From Octopus vulgaris (taxonomy: Eukaryota): a stretch of DNA of 64,000 nt. Position numbers and translations under genes: made by a program. Every line of letters starts with the position of its first letter. Positions within the stretch are counted from its first letter, which is position 1. Below the pieces are notes generated by a model. That model ran no database searches. It was not told the origin of the DNA and saw nothing but the letters and a program-made list of their open reading frames with translations. The DNA lies in contig OX597814.1 in the NCBI GenBank assembly GCA_951406725.2, positions 147,746,001-147,810,000 of the forward strand, given 5' to 3'. Below, piece after piece: positions 53,508-64,000 of the stretch.

Positions 53508-54060
53508 GTTCTTGTTGTTGTTTTGTCATTGTTGTTGTTATTGTTTGGTGATTGAGAGTTGGACACAATACCTTGCGTTGTTTAGTTATATGCCTTTACT
53601 ATCCGATTTCAAATCCCGCCACTATCAGTTTTGGCTTTCATTCCTCTAGAATCTGAAGTCGATACCATTCTTTTCGCCCAAAATCTCTTTGACAATGTAC
53701 CTATGCAAGAATAGGGGCGAACCCAAAGGAGTGGGCTGAAGGGCACGTGCCCACTCCCTCAAGACAAGAAGTGCACCTTTCTAAATAATGTTATTTCGCT
53801 CTTTTCTCCTGGAATTGTATTCCCTTCTGAACTTGAGCCCTCCCTTCGAAACATTCCTGAGACAAAGTCAGCAGTTTTGGAGGAGAAACTAAGTCAATGA
53901 AATCTACCCTTTCAGTGTTCAACTGGTACTTATTTTATCGACCACGAAAGAATGAAAAGCAGAGTCGACCTTCGCGGAATTTGAACTCTAAGCATAAAAA
54001 CAGATGGAATATCGCTAATCATTTCGTCTAGCGCTCTAACGATTTTGCTTGCTCTCCGAT
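53198..54060. mobile_element. Cluster of decayed family B SINEs (+ at 53198-53390 and ~53560-53710; - at ~53860-54060) with (ATT)n tracts and a possible MITE relic (53712-53860)
   Basis: GAAATGCTTAGC...GTTCAAAT, AAATTTCAAGCCCTGTGCC, AACTGGTACTTATTTTATCGACC...GGAATTTGAACTC. Confidence 0.7.
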
Positions 54061-54066
54061 TTATAT

Positions 54067-54473
54067 ACTTTTACTCTTTTACTTGTTTCAGTCATTTAAC
54101 TGCGGCCATGCTGGAGCACCGCCTTTAGTCGAGCAAATCGACCTCAGGACTTATTCTTTGTAAGCCTAGTACTTATTCTATCGGTCACTTTTACCGAACC
54201 GCTAAGTTACGGAGACGTAAATACACAAGCATCGGTTGTCAAGCGATGTTGGGAGAACAAACATAGACACAAACATACACGTACACGTTCACACATATAT
54301 ACATATATACGACGGGCTTCTTTCAGTTTCCGTCTACCAAATCCACTCACAAAGCTTTGGTCGGCCCAAGGCTATAGTAGAAGACACTTGCCCAAAGTGC
54401 CACGCAGTGGGACTGAACCCGGAACCATGTGGTTGGTAAGCAAGCTACTTACCACACAGCCACTCCTACGCCT
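54067..54473 (-). mobile_element. SINE family A, full length, short internal spacer
   Basis: Near-consensus; the internal microsatellite is barely expanded. Confidence 0.92.
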
Positions 54474-54499
54474 ATATGTCAGTATAATTATTTTTATCA

Positions 54500-54760
54500 T
54501 AATTCAGCGCGTCGGACTAAATTACATGTATCCTTACTTTCATCTTTGTACGCTCAGAGCTCAAATATCGACAAAGTCGACTTCGCTTTCATGTATCAGG
54601 CTCTATATGTCCAGAGTTAAAATCCCCCTGAAGCCAACTTTAATTTTCAACCTTTCGCAGTCTATGAAATAAGGTACCAGTCAGATAGTGGGGTCAGTGT
54701 AGCCGACGTGTCTCCTCTCCTCACAATTGCTGGCCTTGTGCCAACATTAGAAAGAAAGAA
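54500..54760 (+). mobile_element. Decayed family B SINE(s)
   Basis: AAGTCGACTTCGCTTTCA ... AAATAAGGTACCAG ... TGCTGGCCTTGTGCC. Confidence 0.6.
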
Positions 54761-54825
54761 AAATATTTTCATTGCAAGTATTCGAAGCAGTTGTGATGGT
54801 GGTGGTGGTGGTAGTAGTAGTAGCG

Positions 54826-54887
<62 letters not shown>

Positions 54888-54890
54888 TGC

Positions 54891-54940
<50 letters not shown>

Positions 54941-55084
54941 CTGTTGTTGCTGTTGTTGTTGTCAATCATTGCTGTTATAAAATCAACACGACATATGCTG
55001 CCGAACATGAAAATGTTGACATAGCCACTAGAACATGAAATCAAAACACAATGATTGCGCACGCGTGCGCTATCTTGCGCGTGC

Positions 55085-55118
<34 letters not shown>

Positions 55119-55716
55119 GTGTGAGAGAGAGTACATATGCATTAGCTTTTGTGAGGTATGTATTTAGCCACGTGTGTATTATTACACACATTTCCATCTA
55201 TGCGCAGTCATACACACACACACGTGTACATGCACATCACATCACAAAGCCATACATCTCCTGAACTACAGAGATATATAATCAAGAAGATAAAATATGC
55301 ACCTTTGTGAATATACACACATATGAAAAGCATATAAGGACAGATCTAGTAGAAAGCCTATTTAGATTCTAGTGTGTCAAAAGATAGCGACATTTCTATT
55401 AAGTATATATATATATATATATGAGGGAGAGAGAGAGAGATTGTAACTTGAAGTAAAATAATTAGTATAGATCAGGTTTCGTTAAGAATACATCCTCAAA
55501 CATACCCCACAAAGAAAAGGCATGTTAGGGTATGACCTTTAAAATATATATTTCATAGAATACTGTATGAGAAATATTTTTGATGTGCATCGTAGGATTA
55601 ATTTATGCTATGATTGCTCTATGTCAGTTTACGTTAAAATAAGATTGGCGAAGTGTGTGTAGTTTGCTTTTAATGCGTCAAAGTTTGTTTTGTGACTTCG
55701 AAGTTACGCCTTTGTC

Positions 55717-55765
55717 AGACTGACGATGGTGAAGAAGCCGAAACATTGTAGCAACTGTCAGCTCT
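55717..55765 (+). ncRNA. Hammerhead-like motif in a pLTR-like segment
   Basis: CTGACGA-T-GGT-gaagaa-GCC-GAAA-CATTG-tag-CAA-c-TGTC: intact core and GUC triplet, weak stem I. AATAAA follows at 55781. Confidence 0.5.
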
Positions 55766-57344
55766 TTCTGTGTAAAATTCAATAAACTTGTAACCTACTA
55801 AAAGCACTGAGTAATCCTTCAGTTTAATTTTCTATTGTTTTTATATATAACTTGACATAAACACAAACACATATGTGCGTGTTTCTATGGTTGTGAGTGT
55901 ATGTAGGCTCCCATGTTTAATTACGAGTACATACATGCATGCATACTTAAACACGTACATACATACATACAGACTTAGCCTGAGAGATTGTATCAGGTCT
56001 TGGATCTGACATCAAATTTATTTCCAAATCTAATAATGCACCTTCAGAGACAAATTACGAACAGAATTTTACCATGAAACTCTAAGGAGAGAATTATTAC
56101 AAGAGAAAGCAGTTTCAGTACAAGAATTTTTTGTGCATACCTTTGTGATTAAGAATTTTGCAACCATGTGGATTCAGTTTCAGTGCCATTGTGCTGCGAC
56201 TTGACCATGTACCCTCTATAATAGTCCCGTTCTGTTTTTTATTTCTAATTTTTGCAATGTTGAATGTAGAGTGGAGTAGGTATTATTACTTATCATATAT
56301 TGCATTTCATTTGGAGAATTACACACTTTTTTCTGCCGCTGGAATGTCGAGGTGATCTAGCTCTCTCTACTATCTCTACCAGCATTACCGATCGCACTAT
56401 CCAATTATTTACAGCCTATTAGTTCTTACGGTTTGATAATGATGGGTTCAGTTCGTGACACTTGTTTTGAATGGGTTTCAGGTGACTAGAAACTTCAAAT
56501 TTTCGGTTGTATACTTTACAGCCATGCTTTGTAGCTCTACTGTAATTGGAATCCATCAAATTCTGTATATCCCTACTTTACTGTGGTGTGCAAGGTAACA
56601 ATCATTATTGAATGACATTTCCGTCAGTATCATACTATGGTGTAGGTTTTAGCTTTCAGATGCTTTTAAACATGTCTGTATGCATGCATCATCAATTTAA
56701 TGGAAAGCTCCTGACATCATTGCTATTAAAGCGAGAATAACGTTCATGCAAGCCTAAAAACTTGCTTGAAACCACTGTAGCATCAAACTGTGCAGAGCTA
56801 GAGTTCACGTATGTAAACTGAACCTTCATGCCTTCATATGATCAAACTTCACTGATGAGTCAAATTTATGCATCTATCATTGGCCTAACCAGTTTATTCT
56901 AATGATTGTATTCAATACGTTCACCAAGAGCTCATACGGTCTCACGTTCTCTTCTACATGTTTCCTGGATCTTTCGAAACGAAGACAGCATCATATACAT
57001 GGTGTTTCTTCTCCTCTTGTAGCACACTGAATATCCTGAAGAATTACTGTGGTTTTCTTATACAGCCTCTCGAGCGCCTTCCCGCTTAAACTATTCCGAT
57101 TCTTTCTGCACTTAATGTTAGCACTTTTCTAATTTATATAGTTCTATGAGAGTTCATTACACTCTTGTCATTTCAGTATCAACCACTGGATACGTATAAT
57201 GAGTTTGTACCTCACATTCTTCCATACTTCTGCTGGTACCTACTATTGATGACTTTCTACATTGCAATTAACTGGTTGCCTTCAACATGTCTGCTATTGA
57301 TGTTAATCAGCAGGTCTCAATGTCTGGCCCTCTTACATACATAT

Positions 57345-57741
57345 AGGCGCAGGAGTGGGTGTGTGGTTAGTGGGTTGCTTACCAGCCACATGGTTCCGGG
57401 TTCAATCCCACTACGTGGCATCTTGGGCAAGTGTCTTCTACTATAGCCTCGGGCCGACCAAAGCTTTGTGAGTGGATTTGGTAGACGGAAACTGAAAGAA
57501 GCCCGTCATGTATATGTGTATATATATATATATATGTGTGTGTGTGTTTGTCCCCCCAACATCGCTTGACAACCGATGGTAGTATGTTTACGTCTCCGTA
57601 ACTTAGCGGTTCGGCAAAAGATACCGATAGAATAAGTACTAGGCTTATAAAGGATAAGTCCTGGGGTCGATTTGCTCGACTAAAGGCGGTGCTCCAGCAT
57701 GGCCGCAGTCAAATGACTTAAACAAGTAAAAGAGTAAAGAG
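57345..57741 (+). mobile_element. SINE family A, full length
   Basis: A box TGGGTGTGTGG, B box GGGTTCAATCC, tail AGTAAAAGAGTAAAGAG. Confidence 0.92.
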
Positions 57742-58508
57742 TTTACATGCAAACAAATGAAATCAATATTAGAAGATTAGCAGTATTGGTTGTAAATAAA
57801 TGGCAGTAAATGGATCGAGAGGTTTACATTACTGCTGTTTACGTGCTGGTTCAAATCCCATCGTGGTCAACGTTCACATTTTTCTGCTGAGGGTTCATAT
57901 AATACAAAACTAGTAAAGTTCTAGAGTTTAATAAAATTTACGATGCTCACTCCTAGCTTTGAGATCGTCTGACTATGTAAAAATCAATATTCCCCGAGAG
58001 ATGGCAGGAGTGGCAGAACACATGAAATGTTTAGTGGTATTTTAGCGTGTACTGAATTCTAACTGGGACAATTTAGTACTTCATTCTTCCGTAAGTACGA
58101 GTCATAGACTGTGAATAATTCAAGGAAAGAAGCTAGAAAACCCGTGTCAATGAGGACTGCTATCCGTTCACTCGAACATTTAAAAATAGCAGTAAGATAT
58201 ATCTCACTTGAACTCTTCATTCAGGTACTAAAATGGACAAGATGGATGGCGTAGCAGACAGATACGTTCATTAACAAAGGCAATATAAAGAGACTGCGAT
58301 AGCTTGAATGTTTTTGATCTTAGGTCTGCTCTAGCGAAGATGACTTTGGGCTAAACAACAAAATATCAAAATTATAATCAATATAAACTATGACACTGCA
58401 AGTGCAGCCTTTGACATTTGCAGCAACACAGCGCATAGCATACTAATTGAAATAGCGTTGGGTCATAGACACACATACACCCACACCCATTTATGTACAG
58501 ACATATAC

Positions 58509-58568
<60 letters not shown>

Positions 58569-58577
58569 ATACGCGTG

Positions 58578-58611
<34 letters not shown>

Positions 58612-58635
58612 TATACATAGAAATATGGGTAATCT

Positions 58636-58931
58636 TCGTCGGTTGTGACCAGATTAGTCAGATGTTCGATTAACTGGTCTTGCAACTCATTGAACGAACA
58701 TGAAAGTAGCCGAGTATTCCACATACGCGTATAGCCTTAATGATACAACATATAGTGCCTTAGTTATAATCTACGTAGTGAATTTCGTCAGTTTCCATCT
58801 ATCTAATTTCTCTAGAAGATTTTAGTTGATCTGAGGCTACGAAAAACACTCTTGCGTAACATGCGAAGCAGAGGCATCGAACTCGAGACATTTGTAATCG
58901 TGAATTGAACTTCTTAACCATTCGGCCATGC
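58636..58931 (-). mobile_element. Old chimeric SINE (A-like head, C-like tail)
   Basis: Minus strand TGGCCGAATGG (A box), GAGTTCGATGC (B box), TAGATGGAAACTGA.GAAA (A), then a TTAAGGCTATACGCGTATGTGGAATACTCGGC tail (C). Confidence 0.6.
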
Positions 58932-59199
58932 TGTGCTTATGTGTATACACACACACGCACGCCTTACACACACACCCACACACACACACACACAAGCCTT
59001 CAAAAACGTTGTCAAAACATTCAAGACGTTTAGCGTTTAATAAGATCCACATACGGAATGGTACCCATGCCTACACATGTGTATTCGTGTGCAAATACAT
59101 ATATAGCTACCTTGTTGATGTCCTTCAGCCTAATAGTAGGGCTTTGTTTCTAGGTTAGGATCAGCAATGGGTAGTTCGAAAAATACAACTAAGAAAACA

Positions 59200-59249
<50 letters not shown>

Positions 59250-60137
59250 CACTCGCACACACACATTCGTACACACACATACACACACTCGCACACGTGC
59301 TCCAAGGGAAAAGTACGCCATACTATTATCACAGAGACGGTGAAGACTCTGGCCCTCTCACATGCAAATAGTACATGCATCAATTATTAAAAACGCCCCA
59401 GAAGAAATTAGTTGAAAACAGTTGCTCCGCGTATCATTGTGTATACAACAACCCACGAGACGTTCTCTGTAGAGGTCCCATTTTAATAGAAGAAACATCC
59501 AGATGTAATCTGATTTCTTTATTTTGTCACCAGGGCGACAATGAGCGAACATAACAAGGACAATTTACAAAAACGGTGGGTGTTTTTTCTAATAATAATT
59601 GCTTTATACTAAAAGAATAATGCGCATCTCGAAAATATAATCTCTGAGATAGATATTGTGTGACATTGTGAGGTGCGTGTTTGAGTGCGCGTGTGTTTGA
59701 GTGCGTATGTATACGTGTGTGTCCATGTGTGACATAAGGAGAGAAGGAAGAGAAAGAGAAAGAGAACTGGAAGAAGGGGAGAGGATATGTAAGAACAGGG
59801 AGTTATTACTTCTGTCCTTTACTGCTTTTGACGTGGTTTTTGTTTCTACTTGTGTTGTTGTTGTTGTTGTTCTCAGCTTGGGGAACAGACCGGGCATATG
59901 TGTGTCAGCAGTTAATAAAACAAGAGATAATGGTGAGGGGAGGGTGGAGGGTCGGAAACTACATCGCCCTCCCTAACATACTTCCCAACTCCTGCTGGCC
60001 AAAGCTAGGGTTCGTGTGTGTGTGTATATTATGGGATCATAAAGGAAGGAAGGGTGATGGCTGCTCTCAACTGGAGTTTTCTCGACAACGCCCCCTCCGT
60101 CCGTCCAAATTATCTGAACAGCTTACTTCAAGTGGTT

Positions 60138-60178
<41 letters not shown>

Positions 60179-60279
60179 TTGGTGGTGGTGGTAATAATAT
60201 AATAGCAAATCCTGCTTGTGGTTGATGTTGTTCTCATCGGAGGTGGAGGTGATTTTAGTAACACGATCGTTAATGTATT

Positions 60280-60780
60280 ATAACCCCAGGTCAAGATCAA
60301 TGGCGAAAATCCACGACAACCGAGAACATTTTGTTTTACCGATATGCTGAGGTGATCAGAGCCACATTGTCCAACGTATTATTTTACAAAAATGTTTGGG
60401 TGCAATCTGATGGCAACTAGTTGCCATTTTTAGCATGTCAAACCACCTAAATAAGAAACCTCGTTCTTGACTCGTGGTGGCTGTTGTTGCCAGAGTCAAT
60501 GTTGTTACATCGAGCAAACCAATTATTAAAGTTTTTTAACATTCATGACCTTCACGACTTTTTAGGACATATGTAGGAATAGATTGCTTTTATAAACGGA
60601 ATAGATTTACTTTTATAAACGGCAAGTTTAGATTTGAGAGATTTTTGGTTGCCATATCTAGCAGATATGAGATCATGTAGAGATCAGTTTGGTCTTAGGC
60701 GTGGTAATTAATAGGAGACTTGTATTGTTTACACCTGGGTCATAGCTGATTGAACAAATCGATAGACAAAGACCTTTCCT
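60280..60780. repeat. Two to three family E copies
   Basis: TAACCCCAGGTC..., AGTTGCCATTTTTAGCA, GATTTGAGAGATTTTTGGTTGCCATATCTAGCAG. Confidence 0.55.
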
Positions 60781-60794
60781 CCATGAGTAATATT

Positions 60795-61110
60795 TTTTAT
60801 TTATTTGTGCACCGTTTTCAAGCCTAGCCAGGCTCATGGGCCCGGGTTCCCGGTTTCTATGGCGTATGTGTTCCCACAGCTGGATGGGACGCCAGTCCGT
60901 CGCAGCGTTACTCAAGAAACAGGAAGAAAAAGTGAGAGAAAGTTGGGGTGAAAGAGTACAACAGGGGTCGCCACCACTCCCTATCGGAGCCTCGTGGAGC
61001 TTTGGGTGTTTTCGCTCAATAAACACACACAACGCCCGGTCTGGGAATCGAAATCGCGATCCTCCGACCGCGAGTCCGCTGCCCTAACCACTGGGCCATT
61101 GCGCCTCCCT
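60795..61110 (-). mobile_element. tRNA-derived SINE, family D, full length with 13-bp TSD
   Basis: A box TGGCCCAGTGG, B-box variant GATTTCGATTC, V-SINE-like TGCGACGGACTGGCGTCCCATCCAG, A-rich tail. TSD CATGAGTAATATT at 60782-60794 and 61111-61123. Confidence 0.9.
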
Positions 61111-61599
61111 CATGAGTAATATTATTGAGTATTAATGGTATGTTTTAAGTAGTAGTTTTGTTGTGGTTCGTGTCAGTAGTGTTAGTACTGATGATTGTTG
61201 GGTGGTTGTGGTGGATGTAGTGGTTTAGGTGCTGTTTGTGCTTGTAGCAATATTCGTCAGTGCCAATAGAAAAGATAGTGTTAATATAATGATAAGGTTA
61301 AAGTAACAATGACAGTTGAAGTCTATTAGTAGCAGCGGTGGTAAGCATATGGCAATAGTAGCAGCAATGCAAGGAGATCAAATGACAGTGATGGTTTTAG
61401 TGATTTTTTTTTATGAGTGATGATTGAGTGGGGATTAAACTGCCGGTTGCTCTCGAAGTGATTGTAATGTAGTGATGGGGATGGTATTAATGGTGCTGAT
61501 GATAAAGGTATTAAATGGTCGTAGCGTCATTACGGAGAGTAAGTGACAGACAAACTAAGTTAACCATTCAGATGCGTGTTTACATGTGTACACACATAA

Positions 61600-61781
61600 A
61601 GTGGCGAGCAGGCAGAAACGTTAGCACGCCTGGCGAAATGCTTAGCGATATTTCGCCGATCTCGACTTTGCTTTTCATCCTTTCGGGGTCGATAAATTAA
61701 GTACCAGTCGCGTACTGGAGTCGATCTAATCGACTGGCCCCTCACCAACAATTTCAGACCTTGTGCCTAGAGTAGAAAAGT
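61600..61781 (+). mobile_element. SINE family B (tail 2), B box deleted
   Basis: GTGGCGAGCAGGCAGAAACGTTAGC...TTTCATCCTTTCGGGGTCGATAAATTAAGTACCAG...GTGCCTAGAGTAGAAAAG. Confidence 0.88.
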
Positions 61782-61852
61782 ATACGTGTACACACGCAAG
61801 CACACGTACACGTACACCTATATTTGGTGCCGATATTATTTTGACCTATGAA

Positions 61853-62045
61853 AGTGGCGAACTGGCAGAATCGTCAGAACGTCGGGTGAAATGCTTAGCG
61901 GTATTTCGCCTCACGCTACGTTCTGAGTTCAAATTTCACCTTTCGGGGTCGATAAATTAAGTACCAGTGAAACACTGGAGTCTATATCTAATCGACTAGT
62001 CCCCTCCCCCAAAACTTCAGGCCTTTTGTCTATGATAGAAAGGAT
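61853..62045 (+). mobile_element. SINE family B (tail 2), internal deletion
   Basis: GTGGCGAACTGGCAGAATCG...GAGTTCAAATT...CTTTCGGGGTCGATAAATTAAGTACCAG...CAGGCCTT. Confidence 0.85.
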
Positions 62046-62369
62046 TATGACCTATGATACTGAGCGTGTTCTCAGGCCGGAGAATTGGCTGATATATTTG
62101 CAACAGAGTGGCTGCCATAAAGCACACACACACGCACACACACGCACGCACGCACGCACGCACACACAAAAAGCCCAAGCTGACAACTTAATTTGATATA
62201 TCATAACAAGAACATTGTATACGGAGTGTGGATGATTTGGCGTGACTTCTACACATTTTGCCTTGCTTTGTTCAAACGAGGCTACGGAAGAAAGTAATAG
62301 ATTTGAAGTTCCAGGTAGTGGTTATCGAACTAGAAGTATATAGTTGCAAGAGACCCACAGGCATTGAAA

Positions 62370-62553
62370 TTATCTTCTATTACTCCTGTTTTCTTCCGCT
62401 TTTTCTCTAATTTTATCCTAGCCTTCAGAAGAAGAGCTTATGCTCAAAATCATAATCTCTGATGGTTTCTTTCAGTTCTTCGAGCGACAAATTAATAATT
62501 ACACCTTATCACCTTTTCATCGGCGCTATTAATTTCATCGTTATTCTTACTTT

Positions 62554-62555
<2 letters not shown>
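62370..62555 (+). mobile_element. Decayed family H hammerhead element
   Basis: Pyrimidine leader, CAGAAGA-A-GAGC-ttat-GCTC-AAAA (62426-62449), then TTCGAGCGACAAATTAATAAT. Confidence 0.55.
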
Positions 62556-62589
<34 letters not shown>

Positions 62590-62738
62590 CATGCACCCAC
62601 ACGTAAACTAGTCGTATGTTCCAGAACAATAAACCTGTTTCATGACTGATCTTGGCTGATGAAGGTGTGTCATATCAAATATTTTTATGTTGCCGTTGCC
62701 GCCGTAGCCATCGTCAAAACCACCACCACCACCGCCAC

Positions 62739-62771
<33 letters not shown>

Positions 62772-63464
62772 TACCAACCATGTAACCAACCAACCAACCT
62801 TATGTGCAAACGCACATATACATATATGCAGTCACCGATCTATTAATAGGTGGCATACATACTATTATCTGTGCATCTATGTTAGTATACACATTAGGTG
62901 TTTATTCCGTGTGAACCAAAAATCCTTAAATAAGAAACATAAATACGTAAACAAATGCATAAATAAATAAAGTAATTTTCTTCCTTCGACTCGACTCCAC
63001 CAGAAATGGAGAAGATAGCGATAAGAGTGAAAATTAATTGTTTATCAACAGTTTCGATGTATAAACAAGTCATGTGTATCCGAATGTGGTCGAGTACGAG
63101 GTGAGTATACTCCAGATTGTCCATTATCAACTTTTACTTGCTAATGGATGCAGTCAATCAACGTTGTTCACCATCTGCTCCTCTTCCTTTTACTCAATCT
63201 GTAGTTTCAAACAAAGCTTTTAGTTCGTTGTAGAAGACCTACGAATAAGCATAACCACTACTATCAACACTACCACCACAACTACCACCACCACCACCAG
63301 CACCAATAGCAAAAACAACAACAACAACAAAAGCAACAGCGTTTTGTTGTTGTAGTAGATGTGGATTTTTTCATTGCTTGTTTTTGTTTTTTTTTTATTT
63401 TCTTTATTTTTTACTCTTTTGTGTTGATGTTCTCCATTAAATCTCTCTCGCTGCTGCTTGTGTG

Positions 63465-63853
63465 CGTGTGCGTATCTATATATATGTGCGTGTATAGGTA
63501 TACATACACACATGTATGTATATCTGAGTGTGTATGTATGCGGTTATAATTTGTATATATTTGTATATGCGTCTGTGTACATACGTGTGTGTGTGTGTGC
63601 ACGCGTGTGTATACACATATATGTAATAGTATGTATAGAGATATGTATGTATATGAGTATATATGTATACATTTGTGTATATATGTACGTATATGTATGT
63701 ATATATGTATGCATATGTGTGTATATATGTATGTATATGTATTTATGTATATGTATATATGTGTGCATATGTATTTATGTATATGTATGCATATATATGC
63801 ATGCATATGTACATATATGTATGCATATGTATATATGAATATGCATATATATG

Positions 63854-63895
<42 letters not shown>

Positions 63896-63911
63896 TATGT
63901 ATGTGTATATG

Positions 63912-63951
<40 letters not shown>

Positions 63952-64000
63952 TATGTATATATGTATATATATATGAATATGTATGTATATATGTATATAT
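63465..64000. repeat. Compound (TA/TG/TATG)n microsatellite
   Basis: Direct observation. Confidence 0.95.

Overview
Repeat-saturated, gene-poor animal genomic DNA, very AT-rich with extreme (TA)n/(CA)n/(TAGA)n/trinucleotide microsatellite density. The tRNA-headed SINE families and microsatellite load suggest an octopus/coleoid cephalopod; this is an inference, not a database match. I can support no intact protein-coding gene. Nearly all supplied ORFs are microsatellite or SINE artefacts. The window contains: at least four tRNA-derived SINE families (about 40 copies, some with target-site duplications, some dimeric or chimeric); an older uncharacterised repeat family; a decayed Tc1/mariner transposase; a hAT-type MITE; a Helitron-like 5' end; and a probable + strand promoter and first exon rich in uORFs (~18.4-19.8 kb), with the rest of the window likely intronic. 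The most notable signal is a set of short (~200 bp) non-coding elements, mostly next to or inside (TA)n tracts. They carry minimal type-I hammerhead ribozyme folds (Penelope pLTR- or retrozyme-like), with a compensatory base-pair change between copies. One is a ~360-bp palindrome holding two mirror-image hammerhead variants.
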